A stretch of DNA of 48,074 bases from Selaginella moellendorffii (GCF_000143415.4 NW_003314269.1:3457887-3505960), one strand, 5' to 3'; counted from the stretch's first letter, positions 1 to 13,994 are shown. The notes: generated from the letters alone by a model not told the origin. Program-made: numbers and translations.

Positions 1-2720
1 TTATTGAGTGATTATAGATTGTTATAAAAACTTGAAGTCCCACAAAACCACTAACATCACAACTGAAATAAAATGCAAAGTTATAACATAGATATCAATC
101 AATTATGAAATTGATGAATTATAACTTTGTGTGCAATTATAAAATGCTCAAACCAACCTTAAAAGTATAATTTTGAACTGAAGCAAAAGGCTTTTAGAGC
201 CATTGCAATCCACAAAGCACCATCATAACAAACAGTATAACTTGTTAACCAACTTTTGAAATCACCATTAACTCAAACTCAACCATCTGTAGAATGTGTT
301 ATTGAGACTTCCTTTTGGTCAACTTTCAAGATCTATATTAACTCAAATTCACTCCATTCTTCTTTTATATCCTTTTTATCCCTTTATCTAAGGAAAAAAA
401 AATTGAAACATTAGCTCCATTCAAATTTGTATTGTTTATTCTTGCTTTGCCATTAATGTTTGTTCTCACTCCACTATTATATTTGTTTAGCCTCATTATG
501 TTGGGGTTAGGTGTTCCATTTAGACTTCCTATACACATTGTCATTGCATAATTCATATTGTTCATTCTTACTTTACTACTATATTTATTTTTCTTCACTA
601 TTAAACTTTTGTTTATCCCTTTTACCCCCTCTTCTGAAAAAAAAATTGGTTTGACATATTGGGGCAAAGACAGAAAAGTGAGAAAAAATGAGAAGAAAAT
701 ATTGTGGAAGAAGAGAAATTAGATAAAAAAAGTAGTAAAAAGAAACTTTCAATAACTATTAGAGTGGAAATGGAGAAATAAAAAATAGATAATATGCTTA
801 AAATTTGGAAAATAAAGAACCTTATATTATAAAATACTTCAACCATCATAAAATAAATAAGTGATTCACACCCCTTAACGTCCTCAATACATAACTCAAT
901 AACTAAGACAGAAAAATAAATAAAAATATTATCAAGGGAATATATAAACTTTAGTTTGATATTATGTAAATTCAAGAAATATCTTAAAACCTTTAATTTT
1001 TTGAAAAAACACCTTTACCCAATTGAAAATAAGAGTGTGCTTTTATTCATGAGCCTTTTCCCTCTATATTTATCTCTCAAACCATTCTTTTTTATTTTCT
1101 TCAACAATATTGATATTCTATATTTAAACTCTAATAAATTAAAATAATTTTCCTTGATTATTTACACAATGTGAGTGTTTAAGATACAGGAATAGGTATA
1201 TTAATTAGTGTTTATCTTCAAGAATGGTGGCTTATATATTATAATGTTAAAATTAGTGTATTATTTAGATAGGGTAATATATGTATATACGAAGTTTATA
1301 TATATATATCTCCATGGTCCTCCAGCCATAGCCACGCCCAAAGTGTGGGATGGGAGAGGAGAGTGATAATGGTCAGCAAGTAGTGCATTATGTAGTCTTG
1401 TTATTTGGGGTAAGAATATATAATTTAATAAAAATATTAGTCTTTGAATAAAAATATTCATTTCTAACTACAAAAATATGAATATAAATATAATCCAGTA
1501 AATAATTGGAAATAATATTAGTAATAAATAATAAAATATAAATATAATTGAAAAATAAGTATAAAGATGATTAGAGATGTACTTAATTTGTAAAGATAAA
1601 ATATAAATTTCTATTATAGCTAAAGTGTTCATGAGAAAGTACCTATATTATTATAGTTTATTTTATAAATATTTAAATAAAGTACTTTCATCTCTCTTTC
1701 TATAATTTATAATGGTTTAAATATTTAAATTCAGTTGTATAGAAAAATGTCAAGAAATTAATTGATAATTAAAACAATCTATTGTAATGGAGAGAGAGAG
1801 TAAATATTCTCAGACTATAAACCTAATTACATTTACATATGTAAATGTATGTATATATCTAATCAAACCTCTAGAAGATAAATATATGTTAGATTTGTTT
1901 GCTAAATTGCCAAATATCATTCTAACATTTTAAATTTTAATAAGCAAAAAAAATGTATATAGAATTACAAGCTGTATTATAGTTCTTTAATACACTTCTC
2001 TTGGGTTAAGACCATAGAAGCTATATAGTCTAAAGAGTTATATTTTAGATTATATAATTTAAACAGTTCTAGATTATAAAATATTTAAATTCTTTGGATA
2101 AAGTGTTGTTCTTCAACACGTTTACCATGGTTTTAAACTATAAATTCATAATTATAATGTTTATTTCTGTTGAATGTCTAAAAAATTCTTTATACACAAT
2201 ATTTTTAAATTTATATCCAACTATAAACAATCAATATTCAGCAGAAAAAATCTGTTATGTAGATGAAGTCCATTAAATCCTAAAGGTCAATTCTGAATAA
2301 TATAGCAATGTGAGAATTATACAATAAAAGTTTTTAATTAAAATCAAATATATTTAAATATTTATCAAGAAATTAATGAGAGTGCTTTTTATAATTGAAT
2401 TTACCATGCCATGAAAGATAAAGAATAAAGTTAAAAGATTAAGTAAAGAACATATTTCTACAGGATACATTCTTTAGAGTTCTTTGATCTTTAATCTATG
2501 TTTAACTACTTATAAAAATATTTATAGCATATACATATGACCATGTTCAATGTAAGGAAAACAATTCTTGACCAGATTCGTTGTCAATGTATGCAGGGTC
2601 TTAGCTTTTCACCAGCATTACAAATTATCAAGGGTGATTAGAGCACTGAACCGTTACAACAGCTTGCCCTTCATAATTCTCGGTTTCTATAAAATCACAA
2701 ATGGATAAGGCTCACAACTA

Positions 2721-3062
2721 CCACGTGGCCTCATTGAGATTTGAGATGTCGAGGATGTCGACACTGGCCGTAGAGTCTGGCGATCGACGGCCCGGATCTC
2801 GCTTCACTGGCGGCCAGCAGGGGACACGTTTCGGTGGCTCGAGCGGGCACACCGGCACGAGACGGTTGGTGCCGGGCAGATTCCGACACGTGGCGACGCG
2901 GCGCCAAGAAGCCGCCCGCTCATGTCGGATAGATCCCCGTCAGCAGAGCTTTCCGAGGTGGCGGCTAGGTTCATTGGACGTGGACGAAACTTTTGCCGTG
3001 GTAGGCCCCGACGTGGCACGGATATCCGAGGCGGATGGATGCGAATATCTGCTGACGTGTTT
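2721..3062 (+). promoter_or_regulatory. Cluster of G-box/ABRE-like ACGT elements upstream of the DUF506 gene
   Basis: CCACGTGGC 2721, ACACGTT 2824, GACACGTGGC 2885, GACGTGGA 2977, GACGTGGC 3010, GACGTGT 3055. A GA-repeat follows at ~3188-3222. Confidence 0.55.
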
Positions 3063-3397
3063 CCGTACCTGGCCAATTTCTCGCTTCTCCCCGTGTGTGC
3101 GCTTCGAAATGACTTCATCGTGAAGAAACAAGATCGCCTGTGGGCGAGAGGAAATTTTCTTCCTCGTTTATATGTTCTTCGCCCGGAAAGAGAGAGAGAT
3201 ATAGACAGAGATAGCGATAGAGAGCTAGGGTTTGTGACATTGGGGGACGGATTCCTCGCGGAGATGAGGATCCGGCGCGATCAATCCCCATTCTAGGAGC
3301 ATAGTATCGACCAGATCGACCGCGGCTTATTTTATTTCCCTTTGCGCTCCTCTCCTTTCTTGCCCAGTTTGATTTTGGGATTTTCGGTTCGATCGAT

Positions 3398-4912
3398 ATG
3401 ACTGCGATGCTGGCGTACCAGAATGTGGGATCCAGCAGGGCGCGCAAGATGGAGCAGCCAAGAGAGGATTTTGCGATGTCGGCTCAGACATCTCAAGCAA
3501 AGAAGGCGGCCGTGGCGATCAAGCCGGCGACGGTAGTCTCGGCCTTCCATCTGGTCTCGCGAGCCAACAATCCGGTCGTGGAGGTCCGGGCCACGGAGGT
3601 GGCGTCGAGCGACAGCGGCGGCGATCACGGCAAGATCTACCAGAGCAGCGGCAGCGAGCACGAGCCCAGCTCCGTGTGCCTGGCAGCGATGGTGGACGAA
3701 TTCATGGAAGAAGCAGCATTCGGCAAATGTAGGAGCAAGAATCCGTGCTCCTCCAAGGGCGATGAGCGCGGCAGCGATCTCGGCGGAGAGGTCCTGGATT
3801 ACCTCAAGGTGTGTCATCGCTTTCGGAGTTTTCTTTCCTTCTGGACGGGCTGATCGATGGATCGTAATGCTTGTTCTTCCTTGCAGGGATTCACAGCATG
3901 CTCCAGCGAAGAAGAGCTGGCTCTCCTTTCAGACGTTACGGCGGCGGTTACCGTTGTGAAGAACAAAGCTATGGAGATTTGCAACGAGGGAATGGATTGC
4001 GCCAGTGGATGCGCCAAGCGAGCCACGCTAAGGTCCTTGCGATCCGCTGGCCACAACGCCGCCATTTGCAAGTCTCGCTGGGATCACGGTGGTGGATTTC
4101 CAGGCGGTGAGTTTTCCTCCACCACTTTCCATTCTCGATCATCAAGGAACTCATTGACTTTGTTTTCGTGTGTCCCAGGTGACTACGAATACATTGATGT
4201 TTTGATCGAGAGAAGCGATGGAAAACTCGAGAGACTGATCGTCGACATAGATTTCCGGGGCCAGTTCGAGATCGCCCGTCCCACGGATCGCTACACCGCC
4301 ATCGTCCACGAGCTGCCAGCGATCTTCGTCGGCGGCGCCGAGAGGCTCCAGCAGATCGTAAACTTGATGTGCAATGGAGTGAAGGAGTCGCTCAAGAAGC
4401 GAGGAATGCCGCTGCCGCCGTGGAGGAAGCTCGAGTACATGAGAGCGAAGTGGCTCTCGGCCTACAAGAGAACCACCAATGAGTCCCCGCCTCGCCACGA
4501 GACGAGCGATGATAAGAGAGAGCTCCTCAACACGGCAATGTTGCGGGGCTCGAGATGGCACTCGCGCTTCACCAACGAGGTGGAGCTCCTAATGGTGGAA
4601 AGAAACGATACTTCTACGTCCACTGCTACTGCGATCACCATCACCGCCAACACCAGTGAGCTCCAACAATCGAATAAGAAGTTCACGGAACCTGGAAATT
4701 CATCGTTGCTACCGTCTCGAAGAGGCCGAGGTGGTAACGAGATTACGGCAGTGGCGACCGAGTGGAAGCCTCCAGCGGTCGGCAGCTCCCGGAAGGTCAA
4801 GCCGGCTGGAATGGCGGGACTGGCATCGGTGTTGATCGAGGCTGGCCTCTCGACGCTGGCGAGCGAGCAGCGAGCGAGCAGCAGGAAGCCGTGCATGGTG
4901 GCCGTCTCCTGA
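3398..4912 (+). CDS. DUF506 (PDDEXK-like) plant protein, 3 exons (3398-3808, 3887-4106, 4179-4912), ~454 aa
   Basis: Motifs CLAAMVDEFMEE, LRSAGHNAAICKSRW, GDYEYIDV, RLIVDIDFRGQFEIARPT and MPLPPWRKLEYMRAKW are typical of DUF506. GT-AG introns of 78 and 72 nt join in frame. Confidence 0.92.
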
Positions 4913-5255
4913 AAGCTCTCGGTAGAACAGTACGAGTTTACCTTACTGCTGTTGAGCTTACTTTGGTCATCATTGCTCCACGAGAACGACCGTAGTGATG
5001 ACGGCACTGGAAAGGCCGGAAACGTATTCTTGTGAAGATCCAAAGTTTCTTCGGTGAGAAATCGTTCGGGACATTCGAGATCGAGCACGGGTAAGTTTGC
5101 TGTGAAAAGTTTGTAAGCCATCAAATGGACAAAATAGCTTTTTATAGTGAAATATAAATTTTTGCGATACCTCTCGTCAGCAGATAGGCTCCCACCAACA
5201 AGAACGAAACAAGGAAAAACAAAAGTTTTTCTCACCCGCTGAGCTAAGCCGCGAA

Positions 5256-6841
5256 TCATGTGTCGTAGGCACCCGGGCCTGGACGATCGTCCGAGTATGG
5301 TTTAAAACGCTGCTCTGATCCAAACTTAAATGCCGAGGCGGATGAGTTTCTTGAGTTTGGCTGGTGACCCTGCGAAAAGAAAAAAGATATAAAACAAGAA
5401 AAGAACACGCAGCACTACGTACCAGTGACGATCGTACTCTGTAGTTCCCGGCTGGCCCAGGAGAAATCTCGCCAAAATGTGACTTATCGTGTTCTTTGGA
5501 CAGGAAAACCTGCGCACAAGCACGAGTGAGGATGAGCTCCATCCCAAACAGAGTGGCTAGTCCACATGACAATGCAGGATGCAGGAATATAAGACAAAGA
5601 AAGAAAGATACAAAAGAGAGAAAGCTTTGCAAACCTTCTCTCGGTTCTGCCTGGTTGCAATTCCAATCGAGTAGGACGGCGAGTTCCCCTTCTTGGACTC
5701 GTGCTGCTTGCCTACCGAACTGAGGCAATCATAGCGTCCAGCTCCAGGAGTCGAACCTTCTGAAATAGGCCCCTCCTGAAGAAGAAGAACACACACAACG
5801 ATAACTTGTTGATCACCCGAGTCTGCATTCTCCCCCATTCCCATCTTCTTTCTTTGTTTTTACTTCCGAGGAGACGTACTCTAAAGCGTCTCTCGTGGCC
5901 AAATCGAAACTTTGGAGCTGTGGAGTTTGCAGAATGGATCTGGCTGCCAATGGAGGATCTTTCGTCACATCTCACTGGACCTGGAGAGATAAATCTCGCC
6001 TGTGCATGCACAACCAGCCTCAGCACAGCCGCTTAGAAGAAACATCTCGGTATACCTTCTCTTCAATCTTATACGTCTGCTCCCTCGTAGCCTTTCCAAA
6101 GTCAGTCTTCTCTGGTGACTGCTTGGACGATACACACTGCAAATGAAAAAAAAGAAAAGACTCGACAGTTTCAATGGTGAACTCCACACTTGCAAACACA
6201 CCTGATTTCCAAATGCCGTGACTTTATCCTCATAGGCTCCAGGACCAGGAACGCCTGTAGAGCGCCTTCCCTGTAGGAACCTGCGTGTTAGTTTGTAGCG
6301 GAGCCTTCACAGGAAAGAACTTGATTCGTAATACCTTCCACCGCTTATCCCGTCCAAAAGTCAAGCACGGTGCATTGCCATTGATAGATTCGACTTGCTT
6401 GCCGATAGACGATAGAGAATTGTAGATTGGTCCTGTTTAGAAGCTTGAGTTTTCGTAAGAAAAGAAAGACCGAGCTAGGAAAAACTAGAAGCTCTACCTG
6501 GGCTGTTGTTCCCCGGAATCAACTTATTGAGTTCCTTGTCAATGTATATCTGTCGAAACGCCGAAAGTTAGAAAGAAAAGATAGTCACACCAAGTAAGGA
6601 GGAAACCTTCTCCATGTTCACGCGATCGGAAGTTCCAAAGAGAGTGAATGGTCCAGTGAGCCTGTGCGACAGAACCTGGTAGAAAATTCAAAGCAAAAAT
6701 CTCTAGAAGCCACAAGAACTAGAAAGATATTCTCACTTGTGGACCAAACGTGGATTTCTGGCTGTGCGTTGGAGACGAGGGAACGATCATGTCTATGTCG
6801 GGCATTGGTGAATCGCGAGGATCGTTGGAGTGCCCCATCAT
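5256..6841 (-). CDS. ODF3/SHIPPO1-like sperm-tail PGP-repeat protein, 10 exons, ~311 aa
   Basis: Manually spliced exons 6841-6737, 6675-6607, 6549-6498, 6432-6335, 6270-6202, 6136-6056, 5999-5880, 5775-5635, 5509-5423, 5369-5256 (all GT-AG, 936 nt, stop-free). Repeats SPGPIY, VPGPGAY, SPGP, TPGAGRY, SPGPAGNY, RPGPGAY are mostly followed by S(I/V)GxQ...FG...R. Start codon uncertain. Confidence 0.8.
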
Positions 6842-7147
6842 CGTAGACACTACGTCTTTCTCTTGCTGCTCCCTCTCTCTGCGATCGATGGATATTGGAG
6901 GGAGCTCGAGCGATCGATCGCGCAATGACACCAGCAGCGCCCAGCGTGGAAGATCACAAAATATTTACCGGATTGCCAAGGCCAAGAACGGCTCACTCGG
7001 AGAGCACGGATTTGCGACGCCGCAAGCTCCAACCCACCGGGCGATCCCCGCCCGAGCTCTCCCCGCTCGATCGCGATCGATTGCTCGCCGTCCCGGTCTT
7101 CGTGCTTTGAGGAGGCGCCAAGCCACCTGGGGAAATGCCACGTCAAA

Positions 7148-7190
7148 GCCCTAGATCCCTTCTAGGGTTTTGAGCAGGCTCTAGGGTTCT
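7148..7190. promoter_or_regulatory. Telo-box (TAGGGTTT) and related motifs in the shared RPS9 / SHIPPO-like upstream region
   Basis: TAGGGTTT at 7163-7170, with GCCCTAG and TAGGGTTC nearby. Telo-boxes are typical of plant ribosomal protein promoters. Confidence 0.6.
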
Positions 7191-7230
7191 TGCGCGCGGC
7201 GGAGGGGGCGAGGAGGAGGATCGATCAGCA

Positions 7231-8086
<856 letters not shown>

Positions 8087-8256
8087 CAATGTGAATCTTC
8101 TTTTAACTAAGAGTTTTGGTTTATCCTTTCTCGCAAATTAAATTTTCCAGTTGAGCTTCAACAGGGAAGTAGATTTTAAATATAGCTGGTTTGTCACCCA
8201 CTATAAAGTTTTGGGTGCTTTTGTAAGTGGTTGGTACAATTAGAAAGTTTTTGGTT

Positions 8257-10773
8257 TGCTGGATCCAGCCAATGGCAGCTGTCCGATGGGAACCACGTCT
8301 TGCTGAAATTTATCACAATAAGGAGGAGTTGCTGAATTTTCTGGGCTGTGGCATTCAGCCAATCGCAAACGTCCAATGGGGGGGTTCTTTCTTTAACCAT
8401 GTGTTTGTGAATAATCGCACTGATGTTTGCTCCTGGCCAATGGGAGGTAGCCAAACCGCGTGGGGCGGGAGAGGAAGGCACTGCAACACGTGTCACATGT
8501 AAAGTGTTGACCGTCAAGCGAAGAAAGTACCGTGAAGAATGCATCACCATCGCTGTTCCTGTTGGGTGATTGCTTGCCAGCTATCCAAGGATGCAACAGC
8601 GTGGAAAGCAGGGCTACCGATGGTGCGGCCGCGTGTTTTCTCCATTGCCGATTTTGGGGGAGTGAGCGACAGGATCATGCTTGACACCAAGGCATTCCAG
8701 AAGGCGAGGCAAGCTGGGAGGTGCAACTATCGGCTGACCGGATCAATCTCACGAGCCACATGACTCGCCACAATCCTTGCCTCCAAGGTAAGAGAAGAGT
8801 TCTAGCACAGAAGATAAAAAGCGATTTTTTTCTGGATTTCTTCACTAGGATCCTTAAGATTGGCCCATGCTTGATCCCTTGCCATCATATGGGCCAGGAA
8901 GGCTGATCTATTTCATCCGCAGATGCCTAGAAGTATCGTGGGAAGTGGGAAAAGGGTGTAATTTCTGAGTCGCAATGAGAGGCAAGGCAACCCATATGTA
9001 TGGATTTCGGTATACAATCGGACCAGCCGGCACTAGAAAGTCCACCATGCCGCTGTGAGATACCTTTCTTAGGAAGGCTGCCACATAATTTTCCTTGATG
9101 CTCAAAGGCTCTGCAAGAATCTGGAAGCAACTCTATTATGGAGCCTTGTGCAAGAATTCCCTGCCATTGCCAGTCTTTCAACGATTTTTGAATGTGTGGC
9201 CTTTTTGATGCATTTGAAAGTAAGAGCTACGATTGTAGTGGACAATGGCAATGTAATTTCAATGAAGAGTGGTGCTATTGCTTTGTTAGCTGGCCTTATG
9301 AATGTTTGTAATGTAGTCTTTTGTGTTTCACTCTCTAATGAATAGAATAAAATGATCTACAATCCTAAAACCCACCCATTTTGTTGAGTTGATACATTAT
9401 ATATATCTTTGGTGGCATCACTAGATCAAAATCCAAAACTGGCAAAGATTTAAATTCTTTTTAACAGGTTGCAGAGTAAATATACTTTATGTGAATAACT
9501 TTATTTTTAATGCTTAACGAATAAAATAATCTGTGAGGCCGAAGTGTACAGCTATGATGCTATATACTAATATTAGTATAATAGGATTTTGGTAGCCATC
9601 AGATTAATTTCAATCTAAACCACTCGCTCTTGTATATAAGCTAGGATTTTTGGGCTAATTGATATGCACATTTTCTGTATTCCCTTTCTATATTCCAAGC
9701 ACTCACAAATCAACTTTATCTAAAGTTATTATGTTTTATAAAGTATTATAATATTTGAATAGTTTATGTCAAAATTAACTTTTATAATGTAATTTAACAG
9801 TATTTACAAATATAATAAGAAAATTATATTCTGTACAGATGGCCTGTCTAAATATCATCAAAACATATAAAACTCAACAACAGGTAATGGTATATCAAAT
9901 ATGGGTTGACTTAGTTTTATGAATGTGTAAAACCATGAAAGTTTCAAGTGTTAATACAAAAATATTAAACAACTTTAACAATAAAAGTATATATTATATT
10001 TTTTATATATAACCTTAGCTATTTACAATCTAACTCATTATCAACAAAACTACGATAATGTATGCAATATTTGATTATATAGTAATATTTTAAAATCCTT
10101 TTACTAACTGCAAATATAGTTTATTAGTACATAATACTATGGAATATAATATTTGAATTTATAGTTTCTATAACATATATATTTATAAATAATTTTTTTT
10201 TATTGGATTTGGGTAGTAAGTTTCTAAAAATTTATTATTTTATATTCTAAGTAAAATATATAATTAATTAATGTTTTGCAGTGGGTGTTAAACCCATATA
10301 GGCGAAAAGAAATTAATTCATGAGATCCTCTTCTGGGATGTACTATCGACTGACTTTGATTTTTTGCAAAAGGTTTGAGTGTTAGCATACTTGCTAGGAC
10401 CCAAAAAATGAAAATATTAATAATTTATATATAATATATTTCTAATAATAGAAAAATAATTTTAATTTTTCTCTTGTCAGGTAGTTTTCTAATTATATTC
10501 ATATTTTCAAAGAATAATCTGTATATTATATTTTTGTTAATGAATATTTATTCTTACTTATACCTAGAAATATATTTTGTTCTAAATATTTATATTATCA
10601 AGTTTATAAGAATTGATTTTTGTATTCATTTAGCACTTTCTATGCATAATTCCCTTAATCAAAGTGGAATATAATATTTTTTATTTTGATACTATTCCAA
10701 TTTAGTTTTTAATATATTAAAAAATCAAAACAATATTTTGCTAATTACACAGCATATGCTGGGCAAATACTAG
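8257..10773 (+). mobile_element. Non-autonomous Helitron, copy 1 (5' end unclear)
   Basis: 3' palindrome CAGCATATGCTG, then GGCAAATA, then CTAG (10770-10773) followed by T. AT-rich body with captured polygalacturonase fragments. Confidence 0.72.
8620..9450 (+). pseudogene. Polygalacturonase (GH28) fragments inside Helitron copy 1
   Basis: PRVFSIADFGGVSD..LDTKAFQKA, INLTSHMT, ILASK|DP*DWPMLDPLPSYGPGR, DNG.VISMKSG and an RIKT-like remnant. Stops and frameshifts; intron retained. Confidence 0.75.
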
Positions 10774-10799
10774 TTTTTCTCAAGGGACAGGAGTAGTTG

Positions 10800-12348
10800 C
10801 AGAGAAGCCAATTACATATCAAGAAATGTGTCGTTGAAAGGGTTGATGAAGAACAGCTCCCACACCAAGGAAAGTGAGAGAAATGAGGTAGCTCTAAAGA
10901 AGAGCACTGTTGGAAGTCCAAGCCGGCCAAAGTTTGTGAAGCCATATTCGGATGCAGATGCCTGCAAAGTTTCTTCGTCAGCAGTAAGTCTGAAAGATTT
11001 AAGTTGCTGTTCTAACTTTTGTTTAGCAGAATTCAACGTTAGGAAACTCGAGCGTTGATCCCCAAAAACGCTCGACAGCGAAAGTGTCACTGTTGGAAAG
11101 GGCCATTCAAGATCTAAAACCTGGAGCATAAGGAAGTTATATATTTTGTGGTGATTTCTAACGTGGCTCTTTGTACTAGTGCGTCCAATTCCAGATGTTC
11201 TAGAGCCAAATGCCACCGGAAAAGTAAGGCGTTTGCCAAGGGAAATAAAGGCCAAAATAGCGAAAGTTGCTAGACTTGCGGTATGCAGTAAAGATATTTA
11301 CGAACCGATTCTGAGTCCGTTGTGCTTTTGTAGGCGAGGCAAGGAAAAGTTCCTGACGAGCTTATCGATTGTTTCATGAGCATACTTGGTCATCTGATGC
11401 ATTTGAAGACACTTAAGGTACTTTTCTCCACCCTGTTGTTTACTAGAATGATGTTTTTCTTCTTTACATCTGTAGAGAAATTTGAAGGAGATGGTCGAAA
11501 TGGGCTTTAGTCGCTAAGCACGAAAAGGAACATCGTTTGTCGCATATGAAGCGTGCTTGACAGAAATTGTTCGCTCAAGGGTACAATCGATACAGGCAAA
11601 GGTATAATAATAAATGGGTTCATTAATTGTTGGAAAACTGTCAGGCTGAAGAAGGATTCTCCAACGACGTTCAAGGAGTTGGTGAAAAGAACTACAAAGG
11701 GGACCAAGCTACATATGATCTGGATATGCAAACTTTATGATCAGTACCTTGAGGTTTACTTGCTATTGCAACGTTTGAAGTGTTAAGTGTTATTCCTCTG
11801 TAGGGTGATTTTTTTTTAAATTTTATTTTTCCAGCTGGCTGATCTATGGCCTGAGGGCTGGATGGACAAGGACGGGATCAAGAATGCTGTTTACAGAGTG
11901 AAAGAAAGGAGAAAAGCTTTGCAGAAACAAGTAAGCGTTTTCTACTATGTACTTTTGCGTTGATTTACAGCACCATTTCGTGCAGAGTTTAAACGAATCG
12001 AGGAAGAAGTTTTCGGAGAGGATAGATTTAAATGAGAGACCAGAGGCGCCTTTGGCGTTGGCGCCAAACATTAACGGGACAATTTCCAACCGGGATTTAC
12101 CTTCTAGTGCTGTTCAAGCTGGGAAGTCTGCTGTTATCCGGAAGCAAATGCAGCGTGGGTACCTGGACAAGCACGACGATTTCAAGGATAAGAAGCGGGT
12201 GGAGGAGTCCATCGATACCGATCCGAGCACGTTGGCTTTTCTCAAGTTCAAGAAACAGATCAAGCCTGTGGGAACTGGGGAGCTCGTGTTTGACGCCAGT
12301 TATCAGGGGCTTCGATCGGTGGAGTCGGTCTTTCTAGACAGACCGTAG
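10800..12348 (+). pseudogene. 3' part of a ubinuclein (UBN1/2-like) gene, copy 1, disrupted
   Basis: Exons encode RRLPREIKAKIAKVARLA, KVPDELID..MSILGHLM.LKTLK|RNLKEMVEMG and LADLWPEGWMDKDGIKNAVYR.KERR (plant ubinuclein middle region). No N-terminal part seen; frameshifts present. Confidence 0.78.
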
Positions 12349-12499
12349 GTGTAAGATAAGCAGGATTTGGAAAGTTAGATAGCGAAGGACAGCTGGATTC
12401 TTCGGATTTTTTGTTCTCTTAAAGTTTGGAAGGGTGGAGAAGGGAAGCACGTAATTGCTATTAGATGGGCCAGAGCATTCGGACCGCACGAGCAACGAC

Positions 12500-13684
12500 T
12501 CAGCTGCTCCAAAATTTGTCGTCTGGTAAGATATTCTTCTCTTTCATCTTTCGTATCCAGTAGATTACGGACTTTTCACTGTTCCTGTAACTGAGGAAGC
12601 CGTGTTCTTTGCTCTTGTTCATGCAGCTGACTACCTGGAACGGGAAGTTGAGGCACAAATCGACAGCCCACCACGTCTCGTCCTGTACTGCCGTCTCGAG
12701 AAGGCCGTTCTCGACAACGATCTGCTCCCACACGTTTTTCTTATTCTTCAGAAGCTGATCGAGACTGACTGGCTTTCCATCGTACACCGGACACTCAAGC
12801 TTGAACTCCCGAGCCATGACAGCCCAGAGCCTCTCCCAGCTCGTGCAGTCTCCGTCGGCAACGTTAAACGCCTCATTCTTGGCTCTTGGATTCGTCGCAG
12901 CCCACAGCTCCTGCTCCGCAACAAGGTCGGCATCCGAAACGTTCGTAAGCGTCTCCCACGACTGCCGGTTTCCTGGAAAATTAAAGCTGAGCTTCTGGTG
13001 TTTGCAAATAGCAGCATATATGGCCAAGCTGCCAAGAACGTTGGCGTGGTTCCGAGGAGCAAAGCCGAAGATTATGTTAGGCCGGTGGACGGACCACGTT
13101 ATGCCCGACGACGGCGAGCATGCCTCGAACAAGATATCCTCCAGATCGTAGTAGAAGTTTGGAAGGCCGGGGACTCGGGGCAGGTCCTCGTGGAATGGAG
13201 GCCGATAGTGCTTGATGGTGCCGAAGTGAAAATACGGTCCCAGGTAGTGCTTGACACCGGTTTGGAGGCAGACGTGCTTGAGTCTCTTGGCAACTGGTAG
13301 CAGCGTTTGGAGGACAGATCGCAGCATGAAACCATTGGCCTCGCAGTTCTCCTCCTCGGTGCTCTTCTTTTCCCAGGCAACCCAGAATACATGAGTCACT
13401 CCGTCGAGGCTGGAGATCTTGGGTGTGACTTCGGACAGATTCAGCAGGTTACACTGGATATAGTCGACGTCCAGGTGCTCGAACCAGCGGGGCCTGGGCC
13501 GGCGAGCGATGCCGCGGATTCTCCAGGGGGCTCCGGGTGCGTCGGGACGCTGCAAAGCTTCGACCAGGCTATTGCCAACTATGCCGGTCACTCCAACAAT
13601 GAGAGCTTCGTTGTGACCATCGTGTTTGCTGGCGGCCTCCGGGGGCTCTGTTCTAGAGCAGCAGAGAGGAAGCAGTGAGCACAT
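12500..13684 (-). CDS. VEP1: PRISE / VEP1 family (progesterone 5-beta-reductase / iridoid synthase-like) SDR, intronless, 394 aa
   Basis: Motifs GVTGIVG, GIARR, THVFWV, QTGVKHYLGP, NFYYDLED (catalytic Tyr), TWSVHRP, SDADLVAEQ and MNKSKEHGF. Confidence 0.93.
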   Translation of the reverse strand: MCSLLPLCCSRTEPPEAASKHDGHNEALIVGVTGIVGNSLVEALQRPDAPGAPWRIRGIARRPRPRWFEHLDVDYIQCNLLNLSEVTPKISSLDGVTHVFWVAWEKKSTEEENCEANGFMLRSVLQTLLPVAKRLKHVCLQTGVKHYLGPYFHFGTIKHYRPPFHEDLPRVPGLPNFYYDLEDILFEACSPSSGITWSVHRPNIIFGFAPRNHANVLGSLAIYAAICKHQKLSFNFPGNRQSWETLTNVSDADLVAEQELWAATNPRAKNEAFNVADGDCTSWERLWAVMAREFKLECPVYDGKPVSLDQLLKNKKNVWEQIVVENGLLETAVQDETWWAVDLCLNFPFQVVSCMNKSKEHGFLSYRNSEKSVIYWIRKMKEKNILPDDKFWSS

Positions 13685-13994
13685 ATTTACCTTTGCGAGA
13701 GCTGGGCGCGGCCAAGTCTCAAACAGTAAACCTTTTAAATGACTCCCCCGGCCGGAGAGATTCCAATTTCCACGTTTCGACTGTTCAAATAGCTAGAACA
13801 GAGGTATCATGAAAGTGATAATGTGGATATAACAAACAACGGTTAAAGCTTTGAGTGTAGCTTTGACAAGGCTCTTCTCCTCGAGCTCCTGGGTTCAAAT
13901 CCTATGGGCGCCAAAGGAGAATATAATAATAGTATGGTTGAGCTTTGTTTGAAATGCATTCCACGTGATATGGCCAAAGTTCAATTTATATTTA

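Larger units (their letters stand above)
8257..13969 (+). repeat. Tandem segmental duplication, unit A
   Basis: Colinear with 14023-19488 from TGCTGGATCCAGCCAATGGCAGCTGTCC to GAAATGCATTCCA(c/a)GTGAT. Confidence 0.9.

Noticed and set aside
1-2600. Short ORFs in the AT-rich region
   Set aside because: Low-complexity composition with no motifs.
4462-5259. 265-aa minus-strand ORF
   Set aside because: Antisense to DUF506 exon 3 and its 3'UTR; no recognisable domain.
12602-13300. 232-aa ORF antisense to PRISE (also 18121-18819)
   Set aside because: Shadow ORF of a GC-rich coding strand with no recognisable motifs.
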